A stretch of DNA of 61,247 bases, counting the filler, from Ionaspis alba (taxonomy: Eukaryota): assembly GCA_964255285.1 (NCBI GenBank). It is 4 parts of 4 records of this genome, joined end to end, with 100 filler letters (N's around TTAATTAATTAA, not from the genome) between each part and the next. Parts side by side here need not be neighbours in the genome. Positions count along the whole stretch, not along the records: positions 15,390 to 30,643 come from CAXUUL010000385.1; positions 30,744 to 45,954 come from CAXUUL010000386.1; 2 more parts are not named here. One strand, written 5' to 3'. This document shows, piece by piece, positions 25,599 through 39,080 of the stretch. Within the stretch, counting starts at the first letter, position 1. Each line of letters starts with the position of its first letter. A program made the position numbers and the translations under genes. The notes under the pieces were generated by a model, which was not told where the DNA came from, made no database searches, and saw nothing but the letters and a program-made list of their open reading frames with translations.

Positions 25599-26760
25599 TC
25601 CGGGCAATTAGTATAGGTTTTAATCCGAAATTGGATAATCTCGAAGACGGTGTCGCCCTTGGCAAAGGTTGGCAAGAGGATGTTTCTATGCCTTCTAAAC
25701 AGTAAACTAGACAAATGAGCAATGAACCACCATGCAGTTTGATTCTACCTGGCTTTCTTTCCAGAGCCTCTAGAGTGATACCGAGATATTCCCTTAGTCT
25801 TCTTTTGTTGGTTGAGTCTAAGAACACGCTAGGAGTTTTTTCTCGCAAGCTCCCCATCTCTGCTTCATTTTGAGCCTGATACTGGACATCCTTATTAACA
25901 CTCACACGGTCACGCTTCTCTTAAAGATGACAAGAGTACACGAATCTTTACACTACTACAGACACATCAAAGATAGCCAGCAACAATGGAGATTGGATCG
26001 AAAGCAGTAAGGTTTGGCGCCACGGTAGATCACGACTCTGGCAGGAGCCCGTATCTAGTAATTGCTGAGTCCAGGAGATGTTCATATACATCTGAGAGGA
26101 TTGAACCACGGCGTGCAAGTTCTGATGACCATCTCGACTGAGGGAATAGAGCGTACCGTCGCGGCCCAGCGACCAAATTACACCGGGATAGTAGTCGACA
26201 TCTCCCTTCTCTTCCTTGCTGTTGACGAGGACCTAAAACACAAGATAACGGCAACAAAGTACTTGGTGGCTCTCTCACTGGAAGATCCTGAGGGATATAA
26301 CGCATCGGAAGAATGGCTCTTACAATCTTCGCACAAAGATGTTCCTCCCAGTCTTCGTCGACGCACTAGGCTCTCTCAGACCTCACCCTCTGAATCGAGG
26401 GTGATGCCGCGAGATTCAAAGATCGACGGCACCAGTGTTCACCATATAGCTCGGATCTCATGAATCAATCGACTGTGCCGTAAGGATCAAGAAACACATT
26501 AGAGATATGAAAGGGTTATGAAAGACGCCTCAGCTTAAATGAGGCTAGGAAGGGTCTAGCATATTCTGTTCGGGCTTCCCGCCATAAAAGACAAGCATAG
26601 GAGCTTGAGAGCACATCATATCTCATCACGCAGAAGCACAATCGATCACAACATCCAGCCTCATCAGGAACTCCGTATAGGGGTCGAAAAAAGACGCTTC
26701 GATTGAGCCTCAAGCAACATCCTCTCCTCCGTCGCCTTCCCCGTCTTTCAGTCTACCAGT

Positions 26761-28632
26761 CTAAATAGTATACCTAAACCCAACCTGACCTTCAATCACC
26801 ATCTCCCCTCTGTCGGCCTTGCGATTGCACCTCCTGAAATAAAGACTCAAAAGTGCCACAACAACAATAATCAACAAATTACAAGCAATAGCGGCATAAA
26901 TACCTGGATGATACTCCGGTGCGTCTTGGCTCCTAAAAACCAAACTCCCCGCAATACCCCCAATACCTCCAAAACCAACCAAACTCGCGGAGCAGAACGC
27001 CCTCTTCCACTGCCCGCGAATATTGTTCGCCTGATAAGCCATCGTAGACGGGATGTTCGCGTTGGCGCCGGCCGTAACCAAAAACACGCCGAAATACCTA
27101 GCACCGGAATTTGTCGCAAAACCCATGATGGGGAGACCGATGAGAGCAATGAGAGCGTTGAGGACAAGAACGGGGCCGCGCATGTGGTGCTTGTCGGCGA
27201 GGTAGGCGGTGCTGAACATGAGGATGCCAGCGAGGACGTAGGGAGGAGCGACGAGGCATTGGGAAGCGCCAACGCCAAAACCCATTCCTTCGTGGAGGAT
27301 AACGGGCAGGAAGTAGGCGATGGCGTAGGTGACGGTTGTGACAGAACTTTAATTGGCGGGTGATTAGTGGTGTGTTTCAAGAGCAGTGGAAAGAGGGAGG
27401 AGGACGTACAAGAAAATGAGAGCAAAACCCCAAATCTTGAAATCGAGAGCTGGACGCAGGAAGCGACCGAGGGTGAAAGGCTCGAGGAAGGCGTCACCGC
27501 GGTCTTTGTTCACGCGGCGGATGATGTAGGCGCATTCAGCCTCGGTGAGGAATTTCCAGGATTTGTGGGCTTTTTCGGGGAAGTCGACTAGTAAGAAAGC
27601 GCCGACGATGGCAACGAGGCAGGAGAGCTGTGGAGAAAGGCTTCGTGAGCATCTGTTTGGGTGTGTTGGGACGAAAAGAGGCAATGAGGTCATTGTGGGA
27701 CTTACGATGCCTTCCATGATGAAGATCCAGCGCCAGCCTGTTTTATGGGCTAAACCGTTCATTTGCATGAAGCCGAAGGCGAGGATACCTGAGGCGGCGG
27801 ACGCGAGACAGCCGATGAGGTAGAAGACGGAATAGCGTTTCTGGACGTCGTCTAGAGAAAGGGGAAACGAAAGTCAGATTGGTATGACTTTGAATATCAA
27901 CTTCACAAATCTCGAAGACGTACATCTGGAATACCATGTCGAAAGAAGATATACACATCCGGGAAAGAAACCAGCTTCAAGGATACCGAGGAGAAGACGA
28001 AGACCTAGAAGAGTAGTCCAGTCTGGGACAAAGCCAAATGCCTAAACCATTGAACCACATATATTAGGAGCCGGTCTTCCTGGACGGAATGGTTGGATTG
28101 CTTACAATCATGACAGCACCCCAAGCAAGAGTGATGCTCGCAAGGAAATTCCTCGGTCCGAGTTTTCGGACGAGGACGGTAGCTGGTGGTTGGCATAGGA
28201 CATAGGTAATGAAGAAAACCAGAACGACGAGCGACTGTAGCAACAATCATCAGCCCCAATACCTCAACACCTCGGATCCACTGGCAAAAAAAAACATACA
28301 TATCGAAACCCGACAGTCAACTTCAACTCCACCAACATTCTGCCAGCCCAATCAGCCTCCGTCAATTGATCTTCCTTTCGAACCTCTCAGAAAACAGACC
28401 CAGCAATAGCCGCTGCCGACAAATTCGTCCGATCCATCAAACTGATACAATACATAAACCCACACATGGTCACCAGTCTCCGATCGACGCGATGGATAAT
28501 CTTCTTCTGCTCTCGGAGCGTATAAACCTCATCGACACTGATATCCGAATTGCTATCCGCAGTCGCACCTTCGATATGAGTAGCAGGGCCGCCATAGCCA
28601 ATGGCTTTTTCGTCGTCGATGGAGGATCGCAT
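26761..28632 (-). CDS. MFS transporter, allantoate/phthalate permease (Dal5-like) family
   Basis: KKIIHRVDRRL..SLMDRTNLSAA, LVFFITYVLCQPPATVLVRKLGPR, GWRWIFIMEG, AYQANNIRGQWKRA..GGIGGIAGSLVFRSQDAP. Confidence 0.92.
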
Positions 28633-30458
28633 GGTAGATGTATGACTCTGGAGTCAACTCTCAGTGGTAAACTCACAGATTAAAGCAAGAGTGTCGTTGA
28701 AATCAAGAGCTGAGGAAGTGTCGTGAATTTGTTCAGCTGAGAGAAATAGATGATTAGCGGTGACGGTAACACCAAGCAATCAGCCACGAGGCACGTCGCT
28801 CCTTCTTTAACCATTTCTCTTTTGCAGATCCGCATCCCCAGTATCTAGTGGTAGTATAATGTCGTTGCCCCGCATATCGGTAGTAGCCACTTCCCGTCGA
28901 ATTGAAAACGAGTATCTAGTGCTTCGTTCATGTATTTGGCATGGGCCCCGCTCCCCCATAGGAGAAAGGCTAGCAAAGGGATTCGATCCAAAACCGGCCG
29001 GAGATGGTACTGCATCGAGGAAGGTACGAACGGGTGGATGCAAGGGATGCATGCGATGCCTGCGATGCCATGCGTGGGCCAAGTGNNNNNNNNNNNNNNN
29101 NNNNNNNNNNNNNNNNNNNNNNNNNNNNNNNNNNNNNNNNNNNNNNNNNNNNNNNNNNNNNNNNNNNNNNNNNNNNNNNNNNNNNGACTGGTTATGATCA
29201 TGGGGATTAAAGGGACTTGGCATCCCCGCTTTTTGGAAGCGAGAGAATGCTAGTGCATCTGGGAGCCCCGGGGGTGGGAACGGTCAAAGTTGTCTCGGTC
29301 TTGCCCGTTAGGTTTGCCACCTGCCGTTTTGGAATGGTATGTGAGATTTCGAGAATAATGATATACGACGCCGAGGTAAATTGGATAGTCGTGGCTCTAG
29401 GGTATACCGGTCGGAAATATCTCCTAGTTCTTTACAACTCATCTGGGTTGCATGCAGGACAAGCAACGAACGGCCGTTCGAGCGCTAATATGTGCCGTTG
29501 GTAGTACGAGTAAGGAGTCTGCACATCCGTTACACGTTGTCATAGCTATCTATCTGCGTCTGCTTTCCTGTGGTTCTTGCAAATCATTGATGTTCCAAAC
29601 AATGCTCGCGGAACTGCATAGGATCTCAACCCTCAGAAGCACTTCCTTTCATGATGGCCACTATCAAGGCAAATGATGTTCTTGCACTCCTCTTCACCCT
29701 CGCTGGACTGTACGCATATTAAACATACTCTCATTATTGCTTGTTCCCTCAAAGCTGTGTGTCAGGTCCTCCATCTGCACCCAGCGTGCTAATTACGTCT
29801 CTCGTGATAAGGGACTAGTATAGAAAGCTAGTGCATATCACCAGGACTCAGTCGATTCAGTCCTTGCGGTAGCATCGGCGTTCCATCAGTGAGCAGAGTA
29901 TTGCCTGACGACAGAACAAAGCCTCGGACAGGTCTGCTTTGTGAACGATGACCTGGTTGGACTGAAGCTAAAAGTTCCGTCATTGAGAGAGTAGCCTGGT
30001 TGCAGGTGACTGGAGCTGGCAACTAAAAGAAGTTCAACGAGAAAGGTTCTGTAAGATAGCGGAGAGAGCCAAAATATTGAAAACAGGGTAGTAGGGAAGG
30101 CGCGTCAGGCAACAACGCAACAGCTGAAGAAAGACGACGGATAGATGCAGACACTGAAGGCGGCTAGCATTCATCGAGAGATGCGGCTCAAACACAACAA
30201 AACGTATCAATCACGCGTGATGCAATACAATCTGTGAGAGCACAACGCATCGTCAAACTTCCAAAGCTATACATTGAGCCCACCATCCGCTCGCTAATAT
30301 ACAGTACGCCGCTTTTGAGTCCTAACCCGAAGATTCGTGACTCCCTCTCAGTCCACCAGAGATCTAAATACCATCCTCCTCCCCAGTAAATCTACACTCT
30401 CCCGTTCCCAAGCTCTTCATCTCCACCTACTCAACTCCCCAAATTCATGCCTTGAAAA

Positions 30459-30592
30459 CTAAAATTCCTGCTCTTCCTGGAAGAACATCGTAAAACTGAT
30501 AATAGTGCCATAAATCAACAATCCGCCAACGATCGACATAGCCATCGCCGGAATCTGAATTAGTTGGCAATGTGCCAGGAGGACGGGTAGAG
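30459..30592 (-). CDS. VPS55: Vacuolar protein sorting 55, last exon (rest of gene beyond scaffold end)
   Basis: After an AG acceptor: LPVLLAHCQLIQIPAMAMSIVGGLLIYGTIISFTMFFQEEQEF-stop, the typical fungal Vps55 C-terminus; read by hand, not in the ORF track. Confidence 0.85.
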
Positions 30593-30643
30593 CTATTTGA
30601 TAGCACGAGTCAGCTTGTAACCTCGAAAACCACATTCGACCTT

Positions 30644-30743
30644 NNNNNNNNNNNNNNNNNNNNNNNNNNNNNNNNNNNNNNNNNNNNTTAATTAATTAAN
30701 NNNNNNNNNNNNNNNNNNNNNNNNNNNNNNNNNNNNNNNNNNN
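30644..30743. other. Artificial scaffold-joining linker
   Basis: N44-TTAATTAATTAA-N44. Confidence 0.97.
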
Positions 30744-32635
30744 GATGGGGTAGGGGTGGGGAATGTGCGGGAAGTTGTTACTTGTGTCGAAGTGTAGGAG
30801 GAGGTCGGTGAAGGGTAGGTCGGGTGTGTCGGCGCGGAAGAACTGCCCGGAGGTGCTGGTGATGATCCACTTTTGGCCGGGGCGATATTCAGTGCCGTCG
30901 AAGATGACGTTGCGGTCGACGAAGTAGTCGTAGAGACCGTGGAAGTCGTTGCGGAGGCGTGTCACCATGTCGTGGGTTAGCCAGGTGGAGTCGTTGACTG
31001 TGGGTGGCCAGTGAAGGAAGGCTTTTTCGTAGTACTTGCAAAGCCATTTGCGTAAGCGCTCGAAGGCTGCACGTGCTGTGGTGTTGGGCGTGCTTGTGGC
31101 GGACCACATCTCGGTGAAGTCGAAAGAGAAAAACCATTGCTGGGCTCGATGGATGCGCTCTTCCATTTCTAGGCTCGCATTCTTGATGAACATCCTTGTG
31201 TGTGGAGAAATGAGCTGCCATTCTGGGACTTCTTCGAGACCCATCTTTAGCATGCCAACGCAGTGAACGAAGCCTTCGATGTAGCCTTCCCTCCAGTGAA
31301 CGTTACGCAACTCACTGAAGGCGAGAATCGAGGCAGCGAGACTGGGACTATTGCGAACATCGTGAAAGTTATGACGCCTGATGTATTCGATAATCCAGTC
31401 GGCTGCCTTGACGTTCCTATCCAGATAATCGGGGTATGTCTCCAAGCGCTTGAGCAGCTCAGTCAATGCTTCGTAAAGGGATGTTCCGATCAACGAATTG
31501 GCATCGAACAGAACAGCGAAGAAGTTGCGACTAGTGATATGCCAGAGGGTCGAGGAGATGCCAGACGCTTTTCCTGGCCAAGGGATGTAGATTTCGTATT
31601 GAATTCCATTGGGAGTTCTCGCCGCTGGAGCTCGATAAGCGTCCCAACAACGTGGCGAGTCCGAGTCGCTAAAGTCAGAATACATTCCATCTCGAGGTAG
31701 GCCCTGACGAGGTAGCTCGAACGAAGTAGCGGTTCCATCGGGAGAGTCAGAACCAGGAGGAGATGGCATATCACTCGGGCAGAATCGTGGCCAGCCATAA
31801 GGCACTGAGGTGTCACGAAGCTGACCTATGAAAGCGGCCGATCCGGATTCATAGATGACTCTCGATCTGATACGAAAGGACGGCGGTGGCTTGATCTTGC
31901 AGTCACGCATGTACATGTAGACGAAGGTGTCGCCTTTTGGATCCCATAGTTCAGGGTTCTGTAATCTGTCAGCTAGGGTGAAGCTAAAATTCAAGCACCA
32001 CAACTCACATTTGCCAGACTCTTCCAGCCATTCAGAGGTGATTTCCCACCACCTTCGAATCGTCTGATTTGGTTCTTGCCAGGTGATCGCGAGTGGTCCG
32101 ATTTGGAATGTTCAGGTAGGTCGGAAGCAGTGCGTGGAAGATCCGACTGATTTGTAGATGGAGAGCTACCTGGAGACAACGAGGGCACTGCAGTGATCGA
32201 TGGTGTGAAGGCTGATGAAGTCTCCGAGCTACCGTCAAAGGCAGTACGTGGACGTGGTGCTGCAGAAGACTGGTTGTTATCGTCCTTCCCTTTAACCAAT
32301 TTCTTCACTGTGTAACGGACAGTACTGCTCATGCCATCGAGATGTGTTCGAAAGTCGCTCTTCTCAATGGCCGAAGCAACGACGATAGGTCGGAGCTTTC
32401 TTGAGGGTGGTGGAGGATAGCAATAGGTGCTTCCTCCGGAAGATATGGACTGATGACGACGGATTGGTAGACCTGTTGTGAATGACGGATTTGATATCGT
32501 CGAAGGTGGAATTGGAAGGCCGGAGAAGCCATAGATGAACGTCCCATCATCATCATAGTCTTGAGCAATCGATCTGGTAGAGTTGTCTGCGGCCTTCACC
32601 TTCTTCGCTCGAACATATGCGCTTCTTCCCGACAT
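30744..32635 (-). CDS. Conserved fungal hypothetical protein (DUF8004-like), 3' truncated
   Basis: Disordered N-terminal exon (MSGRSAYVRAKK..RRFEGGG), then NPELWDPKGDTFVY..PSFRI, WHITSRNFFAVL, WREGYIEGFVHCVGM, HIPHPYP. Confidence 0.7.
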
Positions 32636-35488
32636 GTCCACGGACGTGAAACGGTCAGATGCACGATACAAGACTCAAGAACATCTGATCTCAAGATGTA
32701 GGAACCCGTAGAAGGGTGTCGACCTTTCGTGTTGATGGATTGGGTGTTGACGAGGCAAGTGAACGCTTGCGATGGTGTTTGGGTTGCTCCACCCTTTCTT
32801 TGGAACTTGTGAGTAGCAAAAGTGCTCGAGCAGGTAGCTGGGAGCTTGAAGCTTGGAGCTTGGAATTTGGAAGCTATGGGGTAATGAGAAGCAAGAGTGA
32901 GCGGAAAAGACTTCCCCGAACAAGAAGCTGCCCTACAGCGGTGAACGTAGGCACGGGGGCATTTAATCAGAAGCCCTTAGTGCAGCAGCCGGTGCAAGGG
33001 CAGGGCTTGACTAGTCCTTAGTTCCCGACTTGATCGGAAGTATGTCGACGCGCAAGATGAAGAAAGCTTTCTATTCGATGGAAAAGGAAAGCGGTTGACA
33101 AGACTGAGATCGCGGTTCAATCATAGGAAGAAGAATTGAGTGGCTAGGTTAGGGTTTTTCGCGTGAACGACAACCAGGGCTCGAGGCAGTTGATGCGACA
33201 CGCGAAATTCCAATCGTTTTGCTCTGCTGCAGAACAATCTGGCGGGGGAAGAGAAAGTAAGACGCACAAGCAGCATGCAGTGTCAAGGTGGGGAAAGAAG
33301 GAGAGGAAGAGCTGGTCGGGGGAGAGATATGCGCCAGCCAGAGAAATAATAGAAACAGCATGGAGCAGATGGGCAGGGCTTGATCTTCTGCCAGGATAGT
33401 CCTCATGCCTACCCTGACAGGAACAAGACAAGGGCCAAAGGAGAAAAGGGCCACATGAACGCTCTGATCCTGACAAGATACGGAATAGCTCAAGCAAGAG
33501 GAAGCATGGTCGGCAGGAAGGGTACGCGGACACTTGGGGAAGTGGTGGTGAGTTGGAAACATACGCATCTGGTATGGGGTTGAGTCTACCGAGGAAGTCA
33601 CTCCATGTGCCACACGCTACTCTGCTTACACCACGACGGGTGGTACTTAGCGGGTGTTTAGTGGGTGTGCACGGAGGAAAGAGCCAAGCTAAGCCAACAG
33701 CCAGACCGAAGCCGTGATGAGTAGTAGGAGTGGTAGTAGTAGTGGTGGCAACTGAACCAATTCTCAGCCGTGTAGCCTTGAAGACTGTGTTTCAGAACTT
33801 CCTTCCCTTCAATCCAAGTCTAACAAGCAAGCCCGCCAATGGCTAAAGCCGACCATCCAACTGCCTTCTCTCCACCCGCCCGTACACACGCACTACACAG
33901 AAATCCCGACAGCGCATCTCACGAAAGGTCCCCTGCACCGCATGGCAGCGCATCATCATCATCGTCCTGTGTCACGGCCACAGATGTCATGGATCTCTGT
34001 ATCGCTGACGATTCTCTGGTTCCTGTTCGACTGCGTTGACGTCGGCGAGCACCGCCCTGCCCCCTTTTTGCTGCACTTCGACCAAAACTCTGTCCTTCGT
34101 CGCAAAGCATAATTGAAGCCAAGTGGAAGCTGCTTGCACCAAAACACCAGAGACTTCGAGAAGTCGTGGATTATTGTTCTATGGGGAGTTGATGTTACAT
34201 ATCCAACCATCGAGGCTTGTATTGGCGAGTTTATCGATCCTTCAAATGCCTTCGCCGGTACTTGCCAAGGCAGCTAGAACGTTGTCGGGTGGAATGCAAC
34301 AGAACAACAATCGCTGCAAGGTTGAACGGACGGAGGAGCGAGTACGAGTGACGAGCCGCTCTGGCCTGCTATCTGCGACTGTGGTCGCACAGCTTTCATG
34401 CAGGACGTGCTGCACCTACGGGCGATCGAAGATTCTGGAGTAGAATAACGGCACACGCGCAGAATGGAAACACGCCCCTTATCTGTCTTGGGCAAGAAGG
34501 CCGAATCTTTCTTTCTTGCCAGCTTGAAATAGGTACGGGATGAGCCTTCCTGCAATTGTCCTGTCTTCTCGTCATTTCATTTCGAGTCCCCCTTCTCATG
34601 GCTATTGTATGGAATTGCAGGAAAGACAAGATTGTTGGCCGCTCTAATTACCGGCGCTAGGCACTCCGGCTTCAAGCAGGCTCCGTCTTATCAGAGCTTG
34701 CATTTCTTTTTAGCCAAGAGCACAGCTTATCAAGCTTCGAGCAAAAACCAGCATTTACTTTCTGTCGAGTCCGTTTCACGCTCGGAGAATTTCGCGGAGG
34801 ATATCACCTCTAGCTCAGGATCCTCTATAACAGGCTCTAAGATAGTCTCTAAGATAGTCGGCGACCCAGCAAACAACAATTCATCCCTCCACAAATCCAG
34901 AGCGTGGTAATCGCCACCCATGGTCTCTCGTGCCAGAACCAGATCCGAAATCAACAAAGTTACGTGCATCATAAGGCACAGCAATTCGTACCCCTCTCCC
35001 TCTACCATAGCGATGATCAAAAGCCGACCCGCCAACCAGCCAGCCATGCAGCCACCTCGGCCACTGCTCCCACATTTCGATTCACTCGTCAAGCAATGCA
35101 TATCTATCCAACCATTCACTATGGAACGAGTGGCCCTCTGAGCCGAATGTGCACCTGCCCACCAAGGCCGAGAAATCCCCTCAAGGGTGGTTGCACTCGA
35201 CTTTGCCGCAAACTCACGAGTCGGTAGGATCTCGCCCAGACCAATGCCACAAGGTCGTACCACGTTTTTGCCCCTTCTGCCCTTTCCATCGAGGGGAATT
35301 TCAACCTTAACTCGACGACGTGGGTAGTATCTATGCCGTAGGACACTTCTCAATAAACGTGCTAGAGATTCAGCTCGTGAAGGTGATCATCCCCGCCTCA
35401 CTTGCTTGGCAGCATAGGCGATAAATCGCATTGATTGTAGGCATCCTTTCGCGTAGACGGGGCATGTCATAGGTTGGGTTTGTGATTG

Positions 35489-35510
35489 TATGCTATGCTA
35501 TGCTATGCTA
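35489..35510 (+). repeat. (TATGC)n microsatellite
   Basis: tatgctatgctatgctatgcta. Confidence 0.8.
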
Positions 35511-36303
35511 GATCTGTCTGTGTCGTGATGGGATTTTCAGGTGAGATTTTGGCATGATTTCCCTTCCTTCCAAACGTGATCGACGTCTGGGCCGCTTTTC
35601 AGGCCACCCTACGGCTGACTGTCCGGTCTTTGCTATGCCTCCCGACTAGGTCTAAGCGAGGTGGGTCGTGGTTGTTGAGGAGATGTCAAACATGCCTGCC
35701 GTCATGCCGAGGCTGTGCTGTGAGTGAGTGCAGATCTTATGGCGAATCAGAGGGCAGCTACGTTTCGAGATTGTTGTGTGACACACAAAACTCGTTTGAT
35801 ACAAACCGAATGATTCAGTGTGTGTCGTCTGATCACTGCCTCCGTTTTTTGATGTCGAATCTCGCCATGCTCCTGTTCTCTCGACTAAAGTGTGGCCTGG
35901 GCCATAGCGTTCGGGAAAGATCCGAAGAACGTGTTGCGTACAGGATGTTCGGGAGGACCAATCTTAATGTCCTGGTTCTACTATCCCGAGTGGTAGGACT
36001 TCGCTGAATGGGTTTGTCAGCCACGGTACCTGCCAAATTCGAACGATCGGATGTTCCGAGATATGTCAGCAGCGGTTGATTTAACCGGGTCTTTAGTACT
36101 TTGTTTAGAAACACGAGGCTCCCAGCGACACCAGCCTTCAAGCCTTGCCCGTCGAGCTATCAGGCAGTATGAGCCTCTTAGTCAACGTTGGGTATTGAAG
36201 TGCCCTGAACACTTGGCCTGTATTGCCGATTTCATAGGCTCGGTTCTGGCTGTCATCAAATCCTTGAAGAGTCAGGAGTAAATTGTGATTCGTCCTGGAG
36301 ACC

Positions 36304-38195
36304 TCATTTCCCAAATTGCCGGAATCGCCTTAATGCACGTAGCCGTTTGATTTCTTTCAAAGCACTCATAACCAGCGGAACACCGATAGGACCGAGTAAA
36401 GGTAAATAGACAGCGACTTTGTGATCGTCCGGGAAATAGACTTGTCCGACCATGCTTTTCTCAAAAAATCCCTTTTCGGCCTCGGCTTCGGCTATCCTGG
36501 CATGCGCCAAGGCAGCCTTGAACTTCCCGTCCCGAAAACTCGAACAGGTTTCACGTAGATGTGAAAGTGCCTTCTCCACAGCAAGCGCGACTGTCTCAGG
36601 TATAGCGATTGAGGGCAAAGCGACTGTTAGTCGGGCCAGTGAGCCCATCGTCGAAGACGCCGACAGCAACAACGAAGCAGCTCGAACTCGAGTAAGGGTC
36701 TGCAGCTGGAATGGGAACGAAGGAGGCGATTGAGGAGCCCCGAGCAGAGACAATAGTTGATGAGAGAATGTCAGCATTGCCGGCTGCATGACTTGCTTCG
36801 TCAGATGAGACGGCGACTTTACAGCACCTGACTCTTGAGCTGGCGGGTTCAGGATCGTGATTCCACCCCATTGAGGAATAAGCCAGCTGGTCGCCTGGCT
36901 TTCTTTGACAATCAAGGGCGACATACGCTCGTCAGGCACGTAAAGCACGAAATTTAAGGTCGGTCCTGCTCCAATACTTGGTCCTAACGGCCATTCAGCT
37001 GCATTGATAAAGCCGCTCAGATCCTCTGTCCGTAGAGTCCAGCTCTTGAGCTCGCTGTCATACTCTGGCTGCTGCACTGACGGCGAGAAGGTAGCGTATA
37101 GCTGGACTTGAGAATCGACTGTGAAGTTGCTGATAGAGAACGAGTCGAGCAGTGGATCTAGGAATTCATTAACAGCTGCTTCGATATCCCATGATGATGG
37201 AATTGCCGTTGGTGTGAAAAGTGATATCGTGATATGATAGGTGGGTGCATATTTTAGGGACCGTGTCGTTCGGCGGGCCAATTGAGCAGCGAGGTCTGGG
37301 GATAAAGTTTTGCATAGAGCTGGTCTCTGCTCACGGGTAGCTGAAGAGGCTGCTGGAGAGACTAGTGAAGCTTGTCCTGACCCGGTGGAGGAATGCTGTC
37401 CATTGGTGGAAGGTAGATTTGACATCAGAATGTAAGCTATACTCGCTTGCTCTTCCGCAAAGAGGTCCTGTAGTTTACTTGCAATGACGTTGGCAAGAGT
37501 AGACGAGCTCGATGATGAGGATTGGATCTGGCTTGTAGCATAGAACACGTCAAGGGTGGTCGAGTGTGGTTGCAACTCGGCCGTTGGGGGTGATGTGCCG
37601 TCTCTAGGATTGAGCTTCACTGTCAAGGCTACCTCTTCCCAGATTCCTTCTGCTGAGTCAAAGCTCTGTACATTTCTCGAATTCCCCAAAGCGCTCACGA
37701 CGTTTTCTGTACCATTGTCCTTGTTCAAAGAATTACCCAAGGTCAGCCGAAGATGATGAGCCGAGAACTCATTCAAGTCATCTAGGGCATGCTGTGTAGT
37801 ACGAATCAAGTTTTGTGCCTCACTCTCCTGTAGAAAGGGTGCATCGATGATAATCTGTAGAGGAAAAATGGGCCTGCAAGCCTGGAAGGAGAGCACTAGT
37901 CAGCGCTGGCCAGATTGAGGAGAGCATTGCGTTCGCGTACCTTGCCATCAGCCCATTCCAACATTTTATCCAAAGGCAAACGTGCCCGATGGATCGAGGT
38001 CGTCCACCACCATAGTGGAAGTCCCAAGAACACGACAACGGCCCAGAAAGAGAGGATTACCAGGCTGCGAGTCCAAATGGCCTCAGCAGATTCGAGAGGA
38101 GGCTTTTTGGTAGCGGCTTTGGTACTTGGGGCAAGCGTATCAATTTTCTCGTCATTGTCTTCTGAGACCGCACTCGTCTCGGCCGCGTCGCCCAT
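36304..38195 (-). CDS. GPI17: GPI transamidase subunit PIG-S
   Basis: SFWAVVVFLGLPLWWWTTSIHRARLP, LKYAPTYHITISLF, FINAAEWPL, WLIPQWGGI, EKGFFEKSMVGQVYFPDDHKVAVYLPLLGP; one intron near 37883-37939. Confidence 0.95.
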
Positions 38196-39080
38196 ACTTG
38201 AACAGAGCCAAAGGAGACGCTTTGCAGGAAATGCACTGAAAAGGGTGTAGCGAGACCGTCAAAAGAGGTACCATGCGTAAATTGACATCAGCCTTATCAG
38301 ATCCCATCTCCGTGCCAAGGATTTATTGCACCATCTCCTGGGTGATTTATTGAAAGAAAACAGTTGAATCAAAGACAAAACAGTACTAACGAGGGTAAGG
38401 TCCTCCTGTATATAAGTTACTCGAGTGGTGACGGAACAATTGACCACTGACCTCTCCTACTGCCTGCCAGTCTGCAATAGTTGTAGGTATTCTTTTTGCC
38501 GCATCCCGCGCGTGTGGCACTTACTTCGAGCCACGATGATCCACAAACTCTCGTAAAGCATTCTCATTAAATCTCCATAGGTCATAATTGCATGCTAATT
38601 ATGTTGTCCTATGCATATGCAGCGCTACTGATTCCTACTGCGTGACGAGCTTCCTAATTGAAGTTGGCGGACCATTTCAAGCTTCTTATCGGTTATTCCC
38701 CACACTTGATAGCCAAATCACAATTGCCATGTTATGGGCCCTGCATTAACGTGAGATCACCCAATGATCATTTGCGGGCATAACCCAAGCTGTTCCTGTT
38801 CAACCATAGTCGGTGCCCTATCAGAAGCTAGCCCATGCCAGACTTGGGAAGCTCTAGACGGCAGATTGTGGAAATGACGTATGAAACGTCCCCGTTATCG
38901 CATGTTGAATTTATTGCCGCTTCTGTTTACTCATTTTCGTGAGACTTCTTCGGGCACTGAGCCTAGCTAGAACGAGAAGCTCGAAGGAATACCTTCGCAG
39001 ACTATGTGGGACGGCATGGAGCATTTTAAAGGAAGGGAAGCCCGGCCAGCTTTCCTTCGCATTCTGTCCGTACCGCAAAA

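Noticed and set aside
25986..26463. Possible small gene (ORF 26062-26463)
   Set aside because: Non-ATG ORF with no recognisable motif; a spliced model is conceivable but unsupported.
26761..28632. MFS transporter as cluster exporter
   Set aside because: Dal5-type uptake family rather than a drug-efflux family, and it lacks the shared 75-bp element; membership is unsupported though not excluded.
32700..36300. Numerous short overlapping ORFs
   Set aside because: No coherent exon structure or motifs; consistent with a long regulatory intergenic region.
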